Assembly (NCBI GenBank): GCA_963669175.1 | Contig: OY769902.1 | Span: forward strand, 2,336,001 to 2,400,000 | Direction: 5' to 3' | Source: a bacterium | GTDB taxonomy: Bacteria > Electryoneota > Electryoneia > Electryoneales > Electryoneaceae | DNA: 64,000 nt | Part shown: piece by piece, positions 38,917-48,556 of the stretch | Numbering within the stretch: position 1 is the first letter of the stretch | How the letters are laid out: every line of letters begins with the position of its first letter | Notes under the pieces: model-generated | The model's database searches: none | Seen by the model: the letters and a program-made list of their open reading frames with translations, nothing else | What the model was told of the DNA's origin: nothing | Made by a program: the position numbers and the translations under genes

Positions 38917-41076
38917 TTACATCGCAAAGAAATACGTCCATTTCATCCGGATGGTACGGTCGCCCTTGTGCCAGTCTTCGGCAAAATCAGTGAGACGGTT
39001 TTCATCATAAACGATATAAAACCAGCTTCCCGGATGCCAGTTCCAGGCGATAAGGAAGTTGGACAGCAGCTCACTGTCATCCATGGATGAGCCATCCACA
39101 ACATATTGGATGGTTCCACGCAGGGTCAGGTGCAGGGTAGGATTGTACCTTGTCCGCAGGCGATAGACATAAAAATCTGCGGGTGCGCCGTCATTGGTGC
39201 GTTGGGCGCCTTCAACGTGAATGTAGCGCATTGAAAGCGCAGGTTCGATATTCTGCCTGATCCGAAATTCTGCTTCTACACCGCCGCCCCATTTCTGACC
39301 TTCACGGAATGTTCCCTGGTCCGCGTCAAGTTCCAGTGATACAGGCTTACGTTCGTCCGTAGACATGTATACCCAACGGTTGTACCAGGGATGCCATTCG
39401 GGACGGAAATCGCCGAAATTGTCCTGCTTCAGGATGGATGTGCTATCGTCATCCGTGTCACGTTCACGATAAAATCCCGCGCCCCAGTTCATTCCGAAAC
39501 TGTAGTAGTAGTTGCTTCGGGTGGAGATGCCAAAATTAAAATTCCCGGACCGCTCATACAGGGAACCGTCCGGCATGGCTTCATGATAAAGGTTGATATT
39601 TCCCCTGAACGCCTCAATCGATCCACCTTCGGGGAAGATGACATGCTGCGCCCAGAACCATTGCCCCATCACACGTGAATAGCCGGTCCATCCCAAGTCA
39701 TTGATGTCAAAATCCTTGCCACGGTAATGCCCGCCCTGTCCCACACGCCACGCGCCTTTTGTGACATAGAATTCGTAGTTGCCGCTGAAAGGCTGCTCTT
39801 CGGCCCCGGATTTATCCAGTCCGGCAACAGCACAATCGAAATAGTTTTCTTCGCTCCAACGTAACCGTGTATCCACCATGCCGGATGACGCATGAAAATA
39901 ATCTTCCTGAAGCGTGGTTCCGGTGAACCCGATACGGCTTCCCCCGGGAAACTGGTAGACAGTGCGTCCGGCTACGACATCCTGTGTGATATGGTCTTCC
40001 GCCTCGTTCTGGGTGACAAGGAAACTACTCCGGGTATTGCCCCATTGCCCGGTCACACGAGCGCCCATCTTGGGGTCAGTGATCTTTCGCGTATAGATCA
40101 GTTCCATCGGCGCTTCATCAAACAGGCTCAAGCCTTCCAGGAAAAAGGGACGCTTTTCATCAAGGTAGATCGGGTAATCGGAAAGGTTGATTTCTTCATC
40201 ATCCACATCCACCTGGGCGAAATCGGGCTGAGCAGTGATGTCCACTGTCCATGCGGAGGAGGGAATCAGTTTGACATCTATCCCCAGGTTATCGAGCGTA
40301 TTTTTCGACTCAAAGTTGGCATTGCCATTTCCATCCCACCGTCCCACAGCGTGAGGCAGAATCTCCATGCGGAGCCCGGCACGGATGCCCTGCAGGTTGG
40401 TGATGAGCCCGAATTCGCTGACACGTTGCCCACGTTGACGGTCCACCGGTTGCCAGACCGACCATTCGTTCACGCGACAGATGACACGTCCGAAATTGGC
40501 GCCCCAACCGGTTTCGCCTTCACCGTGACGGAACGTGTTGAACGGAATCCGCATTTCCGCGATCCAGCCCTTTTCATCGATACCGACTGCCGATTCCCAG
40601 ACACCGTCCCAGGAATCGCTCAGGTAGTTCTCATTGTACCAGGTACCGTCCTCCTGAACCCCGGCAGCGTTGACCCCGAAATAGTAGCCATTACGGTCAT
40701 CGTTGAAACTGTCCAGGTTGAAATAAACGGCGTCCGATTCGCCAAGATGATCCCGTCGGTCAACCAGCCCTTGAATGCTGTCCGGACAGGGATCCTCGCA
40801 GATGAAAATCACGTACAGGGCTTCCGGATCGTACATGAGGCTGATGTAAGTCGGGAAAGAGACCGGCGCGCCTTCGTTAGGTGCAACCTGGACGAATTCA
40901 CCGGTAAGGGAAGCATCGAGCCAAATCTCGTCCAGTCTGCCGTCAATCAGAGGTGTCTTACCGTTCAGCGGGTGGGCGACCAGCTCACGTTCGGGGGCAG
41001 CATGCAGGGCTGTGGTGAATATCGAAAAATGTACCAGTATAAATAGATACAGAATTACCTGAAGACGCCTGCCCAT
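38917..41076 (-). CDS. CBM9-like/DUF5916 outer-membrane protein
   Basis: Signal peptide, IDGRLDE.W, YD.EALY, WDGVWESA, WIAEMRIPF, PDFAQVD.D...NL......EKRPFFLEG, C-terminal beta-signal KWTYFF. Confidence 0.85.
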   Translation of the reverse strand: MGRRLQVILYLFILVHFSIFTTALHAAPERELVAHPLNGKTPLIDGRLDEIWLDASLTGEFVQVAPNEGAPVSFPTYISLMYDPEALYVIFICEDPCPDSIQGLVDRRDHLGESDAVYFNLDSFNDDRNGYYFGVNAAGVQEDGTWYNENYLSDSWDGVWESAVGIDEKGWIAEMRIPFNTFRHGEGETGWGANFGRVICRVNEWSVWQPVDRQRGQRVSEFGLITNLQGIRAGLRMEILPHAVGRWDGNGNANFESKNTLDNLGIDVKLIPSSAWTVDITAQPDFAQVDVDDEEINLSDYPIYLDEKRPFFLEGLSLFDEAPMELIYTRKITDPKMGARVTGQWGNTRSSFLVTQNEAEDHITQDVVAGRTVYQFPGGSRIGFTGTTLQEDYFHASSGMVDTRLRWSEENYFDCAVAGLDKSGAEEQPFSGNYEFYVTKGAWRVGQGGHYRGKDFDINDLGWTGYSRVMGQWFWAQHVIFPEGGSIEAFRGNINLYHEAMPDGSLYERSGNFNFGISTRSNYYYSFGMNWGAGFYRERDTDDDSTSILKQDNFGDFRPEWHPWYNRWVYMSTDERKPVSLELDADQGTFREGQKWGGGVEAEFRIRQNIEPALSMRYIHVEGAQRTNDGAPADFYVYRLRTRYNPTLHLTLRGTIQYVVDGSSMDDSELLSNFLIAWNWHPGSWFYIVYDENRLTDFAEDWHKGDRTIRMKWTYFFAM

Positions 41077-41425
41077 GACATCTCCTGTATGGTTCCCAGT
41101 GAGAAAAAAGACAATGAAAAAATCGCAAGCAACGTTTCACCGGTGTATTGATACACCGGTCCAAGACATACTTCTCCATCAAGTATTGTGACAAATAGCA
41201 TGCCTTGAATGAAAGTGATTGATAATTCGAGAAATATACATGATTCCAGATGGTGAAATTGGAGGAAATGTAGGGAATTAAAACGCCAGTGAGCCGCGAA
41301 CCGTTTCATGACGCTACATGGCTCGAAGTTGAAAAGTTATCAAGTTGTAAAGTTGGAAAGTTGAAAAGTTATTGATTCGCATTCAGGTCGCATCACAGTT
41401 GCATGGCCTGAAGTTGTGAGTAAGG

Positions 41426-41708
41426 AGCTGTCCCGCAGGCTGGATGCACCGGCTTGAGGAATACGAGTTATCCCGAAGGGATTGGATAGGTGAGCCCCGG
41501 GTACGTGCCGTTTGTTGGGCACGCACCCGGGGTTAGGATTCAACAAAAAGCCCTGCTCCGAAGGAGTTGGATAGAAGCTTACTGAGTCAGTATTCTATCC
41601 GACCTTTATCCAACTCTTTCAGAGTTGAATTTTATGTGTTCGTGCCCCGGGTAGGCGTCAAACAGACTACGCCTACCCGGGGCTCACTTATCTAACTCCT
41701 TCGGAGTA
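41426..41708. repeat. ~285-bp REPIN/BIME-like element, copy A
   Basis: Near-identical to 42071-42356; contains inverted ccccgggt...acccgggg hairpins and ctccgaaggag/ctccttcggag arms. Confidence 0.9.
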
Positions 41709-41780
41709 GAATACGTGGTACTCGAGTCCGGGTGGTTTGAAGTTGTGAGTTAGGAGCTATCTCGCACGGATGAGATAAAC

Positions 41781-42012
41781 TTGCGTGGCCCGGCGTGCCT
41801 TGTGCGCCGAGGCCCATTGCACCCGGGCGATTGTGTCCTTTCCGTACTGAGTAGCTTGCAATGTGCACAGAGGGCCATTCCTGATAGCTGGGGTAAGGCT
41901 GGTCGCCAGGCAAAATGGGAATCATCACTTCGTTATCGTTTTCGAAGTCTGAATCAATTCCTTTACAGCAGATGCTTCGCAATGCCCGGGTGCGAGCACG
42001 CCGGGCCACGCG
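41781..42012. repeat. Second REP-family inverted pair between copies A and A'
   Basis: gcgtggcccggcgtgc...gcacgccgggccacgc inverted arms. Confidence 0.7.
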
Positions 42013-42070
42013 GTTTGATTGCATATCGCCGCACTTGTGTATGGCTGGACAGCCTGATGTCGGGAATATT

Positions 42071-42356
42071 GAGCTGTCCCGTCGGCTGGATGCACCGGTT
42101 TGAGGAATACGAGTGATCCCGCAGGGATTGGATAGGTGAGCCCCGGGTACGTGCCGTTTGTTGGGCACGCACCCGGGGTTAGGATTCAACAAAGAGCCCT
42201 ACTCCGAAGGAGTTGGATAGAAGCTTACTGAGTCAGTATTCTATCCGACCTTTATCCAACTCCTTCAGAGTTGAATTCTATTCGGACCAGAACCCCGGGT
42301 AGGCGTCAAACAGACGACGCCTACCCGGGGCTCACCTATCTAACTCCTTCGGAGTA
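42071..42356. repeat. ~285-bp REPIN/BIME-like element, copy A'
   Basis: Direct repeat of 41426-41708. Confidence 0.9.
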
Positions 42357-42690
42357 ATACAATTAAAAACCCGTTTCCTCGCGGACTGCATGGCCCGATT
42401 CAATCTGCATGGCCCGATTTGCCGGAATCATATACTGGATGTATGAAAAATGCTGGCGATGTTGGTTGATCTGCGTCCTGTGATGTGGCTGAGGAGCAAG
42501 TCGGGAATGTGGCAAGGTTTAATGTCAGCATCCCAACGTAAAACCCGGCAATCCGGACACACCCCAGGCATCCGACACATATTGTTGAATTAACTATTTC
42601 ATATTCTCCTGAACCTTGCATTCTGCTTCAATTTGGACCTAGTTTAATACTAGGATGACGCTCCGGGAGGGGGGCGATGAAGGAGAACCA

Positions 42691-44727
42691 ATGAGAACAA
42701 CCCACACCAGAGACGGTCTGCGTCTGTTGTCGTATCACTGTGCCGTAACCTGCCTTTTCCTGCTGCTTTTTTCTACGCTACTACACGCCCAGACTCGAAA
42801 CTGGCACTGGGAATGGGATCAGCTTGACCTGAGCCTGGCCGAAGGGGATACGCTGCTTCAAGCTGGCGGCAAACCCGTACAACTATTTAACGAAGATTTT
42901 CCACGATTCATTCAACGCCAGGCCGATTCAACTCTCCGAATGGTATACAATGCAGCACCAAATGGAGAAGCGCCTGTCTGGACGTATGATGATGAGTTTT
43001 GTAATGGAATGCGGCCAGCGCCGAACTGGTGGAATGCTTCTATCGAGGATTCCTGCCTGTGTATGCAGATTTACACAATTGTAGAAACACCGGAGCTTGG
43101 AATAAAGCTGGTTTTCAAAAAGCGAAATCTCTTAAATAATGACTCTGAGTGGGTTACAGATTCTACCGCATCAACTTTTATACCACGTGATGAATTGGGT
43201 TCATTGTATTATATGTCAATTTGTTATTTTAATAACGATGATTTTCAGGGATGGATATTAGTATCAGACAATATTACCTGTTATAGAGTAGCATGGGAAG
43301 ATAATCAATGGAATATAGATCATTATTGTATCATTGATGATTATGCGTATGACTACTACCCAATTGGAAGAAATGCTATGATTGCTGATGTAAATGATGA
43401 TGATGAATTAGATGTGCTTATATTTTATGAAAGGTGGGCAGATGGAATGCGTGGGCCGTATTTTGTCTGTAGTAGTGTATTACTTCTGGAATCAATATTT
43501 GAAGAACACTGTGACACCCTGATTTGCGAGAACTGTCAGTATGTACAAGGTTCCTTTGCCTGTGTTGATCTGTATCATGATGGCACTAACGAGATCGTCG
43601 GAGGTAGTGAACTTGGTTTTGTAACTTTTGAACTTCTGGACGAGGCACCCCTGTTACAGCCTGTTCAGCTTTGGAATGAGCCGTCTTGTCTGGCTGGATT
43701 ATGGTGTGATGATGCGAGCGGCGAGTTAAGTTCTTTTGTCTTGTCAGGAGGAACCTATACACAATGGTCTACTGAAGATGCAGAACAATACTATACGAAT
43801 ACAGGGTGTATTGATATACAAGATGTCAATACGCTTCAATCTACCTGGATCGATACTGGTGAAGCAAAGAGGCAGTCGTTATTAGTGCGTGAAATATATG
43901 GAGAATATAATGCTGCAGTAACAACAGTAGAAACATGGAGTAAATTAAGTAATATGTGTTGGGAGTGTCTTGAAGGATCACATAGAAGTGATTCATATAG
44001 TGATAACTATTGTGAATATACACTAGGAGATTGGTCTGGCGATGATATGCCTGATTTGATTTATTATGGTGAGTATTTTGACGGAGATTATACTTATTTT
44101 ACTGGAAGTGTGTATAGTCGTGATAGTACCGGTTACAATCATGTGGTTGGTTGGGAGCCTCGTGACCATCATTTCAGAGGTGATCTGGTCAATATTGACA
44201 GATACGGTGGCCCGGATTTGCTTGGTTACGATGGCAATGATGCGCCACGGTTATGTCTGAACCTGTCCGATTATGGTGAAATACCAGAATGGGGCAGGGT
44301 TGTATATCCGTTTCCTCATGTTGAATTACCCGACCCCCCCGATTTTAAGTTCTACGTCGATTGGCAGGCCGACGGCGACACCGATATTCTCTATCCTGAC
44401 GGCCGCATCCTGGTAAACGAGACCACGGTTTCCGTGGACGATGAGCCGGGAACCAGTGTCCACCCCAGCGACTTCGGTATCCTGTCCACCTATCCGAACC
44501 CGTTCAACGCGACCCTGCAAGTGAGTTTCAGTACGGCCGGTCAGCCGGGTATAGTACGCGTCTATGATGTGTTGGGGCGTGAGGTGCTGGAACCTATGCA
44601 CGTCAATTCCCAGATCGGAGACGGATCGCTGAATCTGCAAACCAACGGGCTGGCGTCCGGGGTGTATTTCCTGAGTCTTGAAGCAGGTGCACTGCATGCG
44701 GTGCAACGTGTAGTTTTGTTGAAATAA
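42691..44727 (+). CDS. Secreted FG-GAP-like repeat protein with T9SS-A CTD, paralog 1
   Basis: RBS AGGAG before ATG 42691, signal peptide ending LHA-Q, DxNxDxxxD Ca-binding loops (DVNDDDELD, DWSGDDMPD, DWQADGDTD), CTD YPNPFNATL...ASGVYF. Confidence 0.82.
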   Translation: MRTTHTRDGLRLLSYHCAVTCLFLLLFSTLLHAQTRNWHWEWDQLDLSLAEGDTLLQAGGKPVQLFNEDFPRFIQRQADSTLRMVYNAAPNGEAPVWTYDDEFCNGMRPAPNWWNASIEDSCLCMQIYTIVETPELGIKLVFKKRNLLNNDSEWVTDSTASTFIPRDELGSLYYMSICYFNNDDFQGWILVSDNITCYRVAWEDNQWNIDHYCIIDDYAYDYYPIGRNAMIADVNDDDELDVLIFYERWADGMRGPYFVCSSVLLLESIFEEHCDTLICENCQYVQGSFACVDLYHDGTNEIVGGSELGFVTFELLDEAPLLQPVQLWNEPSCLAGLWCDDASGELSSFVLSGGTYTQWSTEDAEQYYTNTGCIDIQDVNTLQSTWIDTGEAKRQSLLVREIYGEYNAAVTTVETWSKLSNMCWECLEGSHRSDSYSDNYCEYTLGDWSGDDMPDLIYYGEYFDGDYTYFTGSVYSRDSTGYNHVVGWEPRDHHFRGDLVNIDRYGGPDLLGYDGNDAPRLCLNLSDYGEIPEWGRVVYPFPHVELPDPPDFKFYVDWQADGDTDILYPDGRILVNETTVSVDDEPGTSVHPSDFGILSTYPNPFNATLQVSFSTAGQPGIVRVYDVLGREVLEPMHVNSQIGDGSLNLQTNGLASGVYFLSLEAGALHAVQRVVLLK

Positions 44728-44737
44728 ACAGGAGGGC

Positions 44738-46834
44738 ATGATCATGCACGCACGCACGGTTAACTTGGTAAGTCTGGCTGCCCTGTTGGTCTTCATGTGT
44801 TTTCCGCTAACTTCGTCAGCCCAGGACTGGAATTGGGAATGGAGTGAACTGGACCTCGGTTTTTCGGATAGTGATACTCTGCTGTTGCCTTCCGCACGTC
44901 CTTTCCGTGTGGATGGGGAGGATGGAATACGGTTTGTTGTCCGATCCGGTGATGAGTATCGCATTATCCGTGATGTTGATCCATCCGGTTCCTGTGAGTG
45001 GGAGTGTGATGATTCCAGCCTGGCTTTTCTGGATACTCTGGATGTGTTGACCTGGAATGTGACCAGCAAAGATTCAACGATTTACCTCGCTGTACTAAGT
45101 GAACAGAGTGAGTCCCAGGCGCTGCTCCGTACCTTTCAATACGACCCCTTCGCGCGACGTCCCGTTTGGACACAAAAACTCGGCTATTCCCATACTGTCA
45201 ACCTGGACAGTTTTCAATCGAACAATGGATGGTTTATTTGCCTTGCTGAAATTAATGGAGATGACCAACCTGACTACCTGGTGATCGGTAGGCGTCAGGC
45301 TGAAATGCTCAGGCTGGTGCATAATGATGATATTTGTGCCTGGCAAAGCCTGCCTCACCAGGTGATCAATCCCGGATCAATTGATGGGTTTGGAACAACG
45401 CATCCTACCGTATTCGTCAATACCGGGGATGTTGATGGGGATGGTGTGGATGAGTTGGTTGTTATCAGCACCACGTCCGAGCATAGCGAATATGGAACGG
45501 GTTCCGGATCGAGCCTAAGGGATATGAAAATAGTTGACGACCTTAATCAACAGGAGGTTTCTACCCGAGAGGGATATGGCAGGTTCTATCGTATGGGGAA
45601 TTTCGGCTTCCTTCAGCAAAACGATTCGCCGCAGGAAGAAATGGTCGCCTATGATGGGGAGGCGTGGACCACCTGGACAATTTCTGAAAACCAGAACGAT
45701 TATTACTTTGATCCTGTGGAGATGATCAGTTCGCCCGGAGAAGTGCTGGCTGTATGGTATCATCAACGCACCGGGCTACTGGAAGGTTTTCTGACCCGGA
45801 CGTATTTCAACAATACAGCCTACGATGATCATGATTTCAGTGGGTACAATCGTTACTACAACGCGCTATCTTTCTGGAAAAATACTGACGATGATAATGC
45901 TGCAGAATTCCAGACGGGTATAAACAGATCATTCTTCCGTGGTGAGGCTTTCTTCCTGCAACCCATGGTTGTCGATTACCAGAATTCTGATGTGTTGGCA
46001 GTAAACCTGTATAAGTATATATCCGAGGGGTATAGTCTAACAAACATGATAGGCGGTCTGTATTGTGCTTCTGAATATCCGAATAGTACCTGGCAAATAC
46101 TTGATCACTGCTCTATCAATACGACACCTGAGGGCGGTGAGTCTGTGTGGGCTGAGACTTACGGTGATATTCTTTTGCGCGACGGACTTGAAAAGGTTAA
46201 ACTTCAAAATGGCGTCTTGTCCCTTAACGTGCTGGATGATGGTACCTGGAATACACGAAGCACTATGGACTGCGCGAGTGCAAACTATCTCTATGTCGGC
46301 AACTTTGATGGCGATGCCCATAAAGACATCTACCTTCAAGGGGCAGATAATATCTGGCGTGACTGCGAACCCTGGAACGAGCAATACCCAACCTGGGAAG
46401 CAGATGCCAGCGCTTTTGGAAATGTATCCCCGCAACCTGATTGGGAAAACCTGCAAACCGTGATTGACTACCAGGGGGATGGGGATTCGGATTTCCTGTT
46501 CAAGGACGGTTCCATCCTGGTCAACAACAATATCCTCGCCAGCCCGGAAGGCCAGCCGGAAACGGAGCAGCCGTCCGATTTTCTGCTGGTGTCCGCCTAT
46601 CCCAATCCGTTTAACGCTACCCTGAATGTCCGTTTTGAAGCGCCCGTACCTGATATAACCATCAGGCTGTACGATATCCTTGGACGTGAAGCGCTGGCGC
46701 CGTTCGAAGTCCGGACAGGAGGAACCACGGGGACTTTGACCCTGCCAACCTCGAATCTCGCATCGGGCATCTACTTCCTGAGTCTTGAAGCCGGAGGGCA
46801 GCATGTGGTGGAACGGGTTGTGCTGTTGAAATAA
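44738..46834 (+). CDS. Secreted FG-GAP-like repeat protein with T9SS-A CTD, paralog 2
   Basis: RBS GGAGG, signal peptide ending SSA-Q, WNWEWSELDL shared with paralog 1, GDVDGDGVDE, GNFDGDAHKD, DYQGDGDSD, CTD. Confidence 0.82.
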   Translation: MIMHARTVNLVSLAALLVFMCFPLTSSAQDWNWEWSELDLGFSDSDTLLLPSARPFRVDGEDGIRFVVRSGDEYRIIRDVDPSGSCEWECDDSSLAFLDTLDVLTWNVTSKDSTIYLAVLSEQSESQALLRTFQYDPFARRPVWTQKLGYSHTVNLDSFQSNNGWFICLAEINGDDQPDYLVIGRRQAEMLRLVHNDDICAWQSLPHQVINPGSIDGFGTTHPTVFVNTGDVDGDGVDELVVISTTSEHSEYGTGSGSSLRDMKIVDDLNQQEVSTREGYGRFYRMGNFGFLQQNDSPQEEMVAYDGEAWTTWTISENQNDYYFDPVEMISSPGEVLAVWYHQRTGLLEGFLTRTYFNNTAYDDHDFSGYNRYYNALSFWKNTDDDNAAEFQTGINRSFFRGEAFFLQPMVVDYQNSDVLAVNLYKYISEGYSLTNMIGGLYCASEYPNSTWQILDHCSINTTPEGGESVWAETYGDILLRDGLEKVKLQNGVLSLNVLDDGTWNTRSTMDCASANYLYVGNFDGDAHKDIYLQGADNIWRDCEPWNEQYPTWEADASAFGNVSPQPDWENLQTVIDYQGDGDSDFLFKDGSILVNNNILASPEGQPETEQPSDFLLVSAYPNPFNATLNVRFEAPVPDITIRLYDILGREALAPFEVRTGGTTGTLTLPTSNLASGIYFLSLEAGGQHVVERVVLLK

Positions 46835-46974
46835 GGCAATTTTTCAGTTGTACGTTTGAATCCCCGGCTGCATGATACCCGACAGCAAGCAGTCGGGCCA
46901 AACGGTCTGAGGAGGTGAAGAGGGGGACAGACCCTTTTAACAGATGGGTCAGTCCCTCTTTTCTGCCCAGAGCC

Positions 46975-47007
46975 AAAAAAAAACCCGCGTCCCAGTGACG
47001 CGGGTTT
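46975..47007 (-). terminator. Intrinsic terminator of the flagellin locus
   Basis: aaacccgcgtc/gacgcgggttt stem with a 9-A tract on the + strand. Confidence 0.85.
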
Positions 47008-47045
47008 GAATCGAGGCGTGGCAAGGGTGTGTAGCGGGAACTCCG

Positions 47046-47882
47046 CTAGCCGATCAACCCGGCCACGATTTGTGGGATCATGTTTGCTTGTGCCAGCATG
47101 GACACGCCGGATTGCATCAGGATCTGACTGCGCACGAAATCACTCATCTCAGCCGCAATGTCGGCATCACGAATCATCGATTCCGACGCGGTGGTGTTCT
47201 CACGCGTGATCTGCAGGTTGAGAATCGTGTTCTGCAGACGTTCTACCCAGGCACCGATCCTGGTACGTTCTGTGTCCTTTGTGTCGATCGCGCTGTCAAT
47301 GGACGTAATGGTCTGTTGTGCCGACAACGTATTGAGCAAATTCGTGCCGAACAGGCCAAGCGCACTGGCACGCATATCGTTCAAATGGACGTAGTAGTAA
47401 TCTTCGAGATAGTTGTTAAATGTTCCGATATGGAACTTTATCCCGGTTCCACCACTGAACGTTCCGTCGATCAGGTTCAACCCGTTATAGTTGGTGGTTG
47501 CTGCAATTCGGGTAATCTCGGACTTCAACTGCTGGAATTCGACGTTGAGAATCTGCCGGTCCATGCTTGTCAAAGCGCCGTTGGATGCCTGAATTGCCAG
47601 CGCACGCATCCGGATCAATTTCTCGTCGATAACAGACAGGGCGCCTTCTGCGGTCGCCAGCATGTTTACGTTATAGTTCGCGTTTCGTTCGGCTTCCGTT
47701 GAGGAATCGATCTGCGCGCGCATACGTTCACTGATGGCCAATCCCGCTGGGTCGTCCCAGGAATGGTTAATCCTGAGCCCTGAACTCAACCGCTCGATGG
47801 CGGTTTCCATTTTGTTCTGGGTGACCCACATGTACCTCTGTGCTGCTATCGAAAGAATATTATGGTTAATGCGAGTACTCAT
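47046..47882 (-). CDS. fliC: Flagellin (short, 278 aa)
   Basis: MSTRINHN, ERLSSGLRIN..WDDPAGLAISE, RMRALAIQASNG, SESMIRDADIAAEM, MLAQAN; RBS AAGGAGG before ATG 47882. Confidence 0.95.
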   Translation of the reverse strand: MSTRINHNILSIAAQRYMWVTQNKMETAIERLSSGLRINHSWDDPAGLAISERMRAQIDSSTEAERNANYNVNMLATAEGALSVIDEKLIRMRALAIQASNGALTSMDRQILNVEFQQLKSEITRIAATTNYNGLNLIDGTFSGGTGIKFHIGTFNNYLEDYYYVHLNDMRASALGLFGTNLLNTLSAQQTITSIDSAIDTKDTERTRIGAWVERLQNTILNLQITRENTTASESMIRDADIAAEMSDFVRSQILMQSGVSMLAQANMIPQIVAGLIG

Positions 47883-48101
47883 GACTGCCTCCTTGTGGGC
47901 GGTGCCAGTACATCGGCACACTTCCCTGAATCTTCGCACGGCTTGAGCTTCTGTTCCGTTGTCAGCGAGACCGAGTCTCGCGGACTGCGAGCAAGAGCAT
48001 CGTCACAGTCGTCAAGCCGGGGTGTCAAAGAACAAGGGTGTTAACCCACCGGACGCGCACCAGTTATAACGGGGGCTCGCCTCGATGTTGGAAGCAGTAT
48101 T

Positions 48102-48476
48102 TTACGAGGCGCTTTCACCTCGTGTTTTTGCGAACAGTTTCCGCAAGATATAATCGGACATGGTTTCGGCGAGTTGGGTCACTCTAGCCTCTTCCATACC
48201 GGGCATTGCCGCTTCGGCTGCCTCTTTGGCAGCCTCTTCTGCCGCCAGTTTTCGCCGAGCTCCTTCCAGCGTGTAGCCTTCGTTGTGAACAAGTTGATCT
48301 ATCTTTTCAATCAGCTTGACCGCACCGTCGTCGTACCGTCGCTGGTTGCCAGGCGTTCGGTATGGTTTCAGATAGGTTGAAAACTCCTTTTCCCAGAACC
48401 GCAATGTTGGCTTGGGAATGCCCGTAATCGCGTGAACCTGCCCGATACTATAGAGTTTGTCGCTTTGTAAACTCAT
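48102..48476 (-). CDS. MerR-family HTH transcriptional regulator (short)
   Basis: YSIGQV...TGI...TLRFWEKEF....P.RT.GNQRRY, GYTLEGARRKL; RBS AAGGAG. Confidence 0.9.
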   Translation of the reverse strand: MSLQSDKLYSIGQVHAITGIPKPTLRFWEKEFSTYLKPYRTPGNQRRYDDGAVKLIEKIDQLVHNEGYTLEGARRKLAAEEAAKEAAEAAMPGMEEARVTQLAETMSDYILRKLFAKTRGESAS

Positions 48477-48556
48477 AGTGTCTATCTCCTTGTTGGAAAT
48501 GGACAGTTCGGGCGTACAGGCTCATCGAGCATACAAAAACCTCACGCGGAATCTGT

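Noticed and set aside
39892-41046. 384-aa + strand ORF
   Set aside because: Antisense shadow of the DUF5916 gene; no recognisable motifs.
41340-42192. Duplicated ORFs beginning MLNPNPGCVPNK
   Set aside because: They are translations of the repeated palindromic element and have different lengths in the two copies.
47883-48101. Second sigma28 promoter or c-di-GMP riboswitch before the downstream flagellin
   Set aside because: A GCCGAT-like -10 is present but there is no TAAA -35 at the proper spacing, and no GEMM consensus is recognisable by eye.
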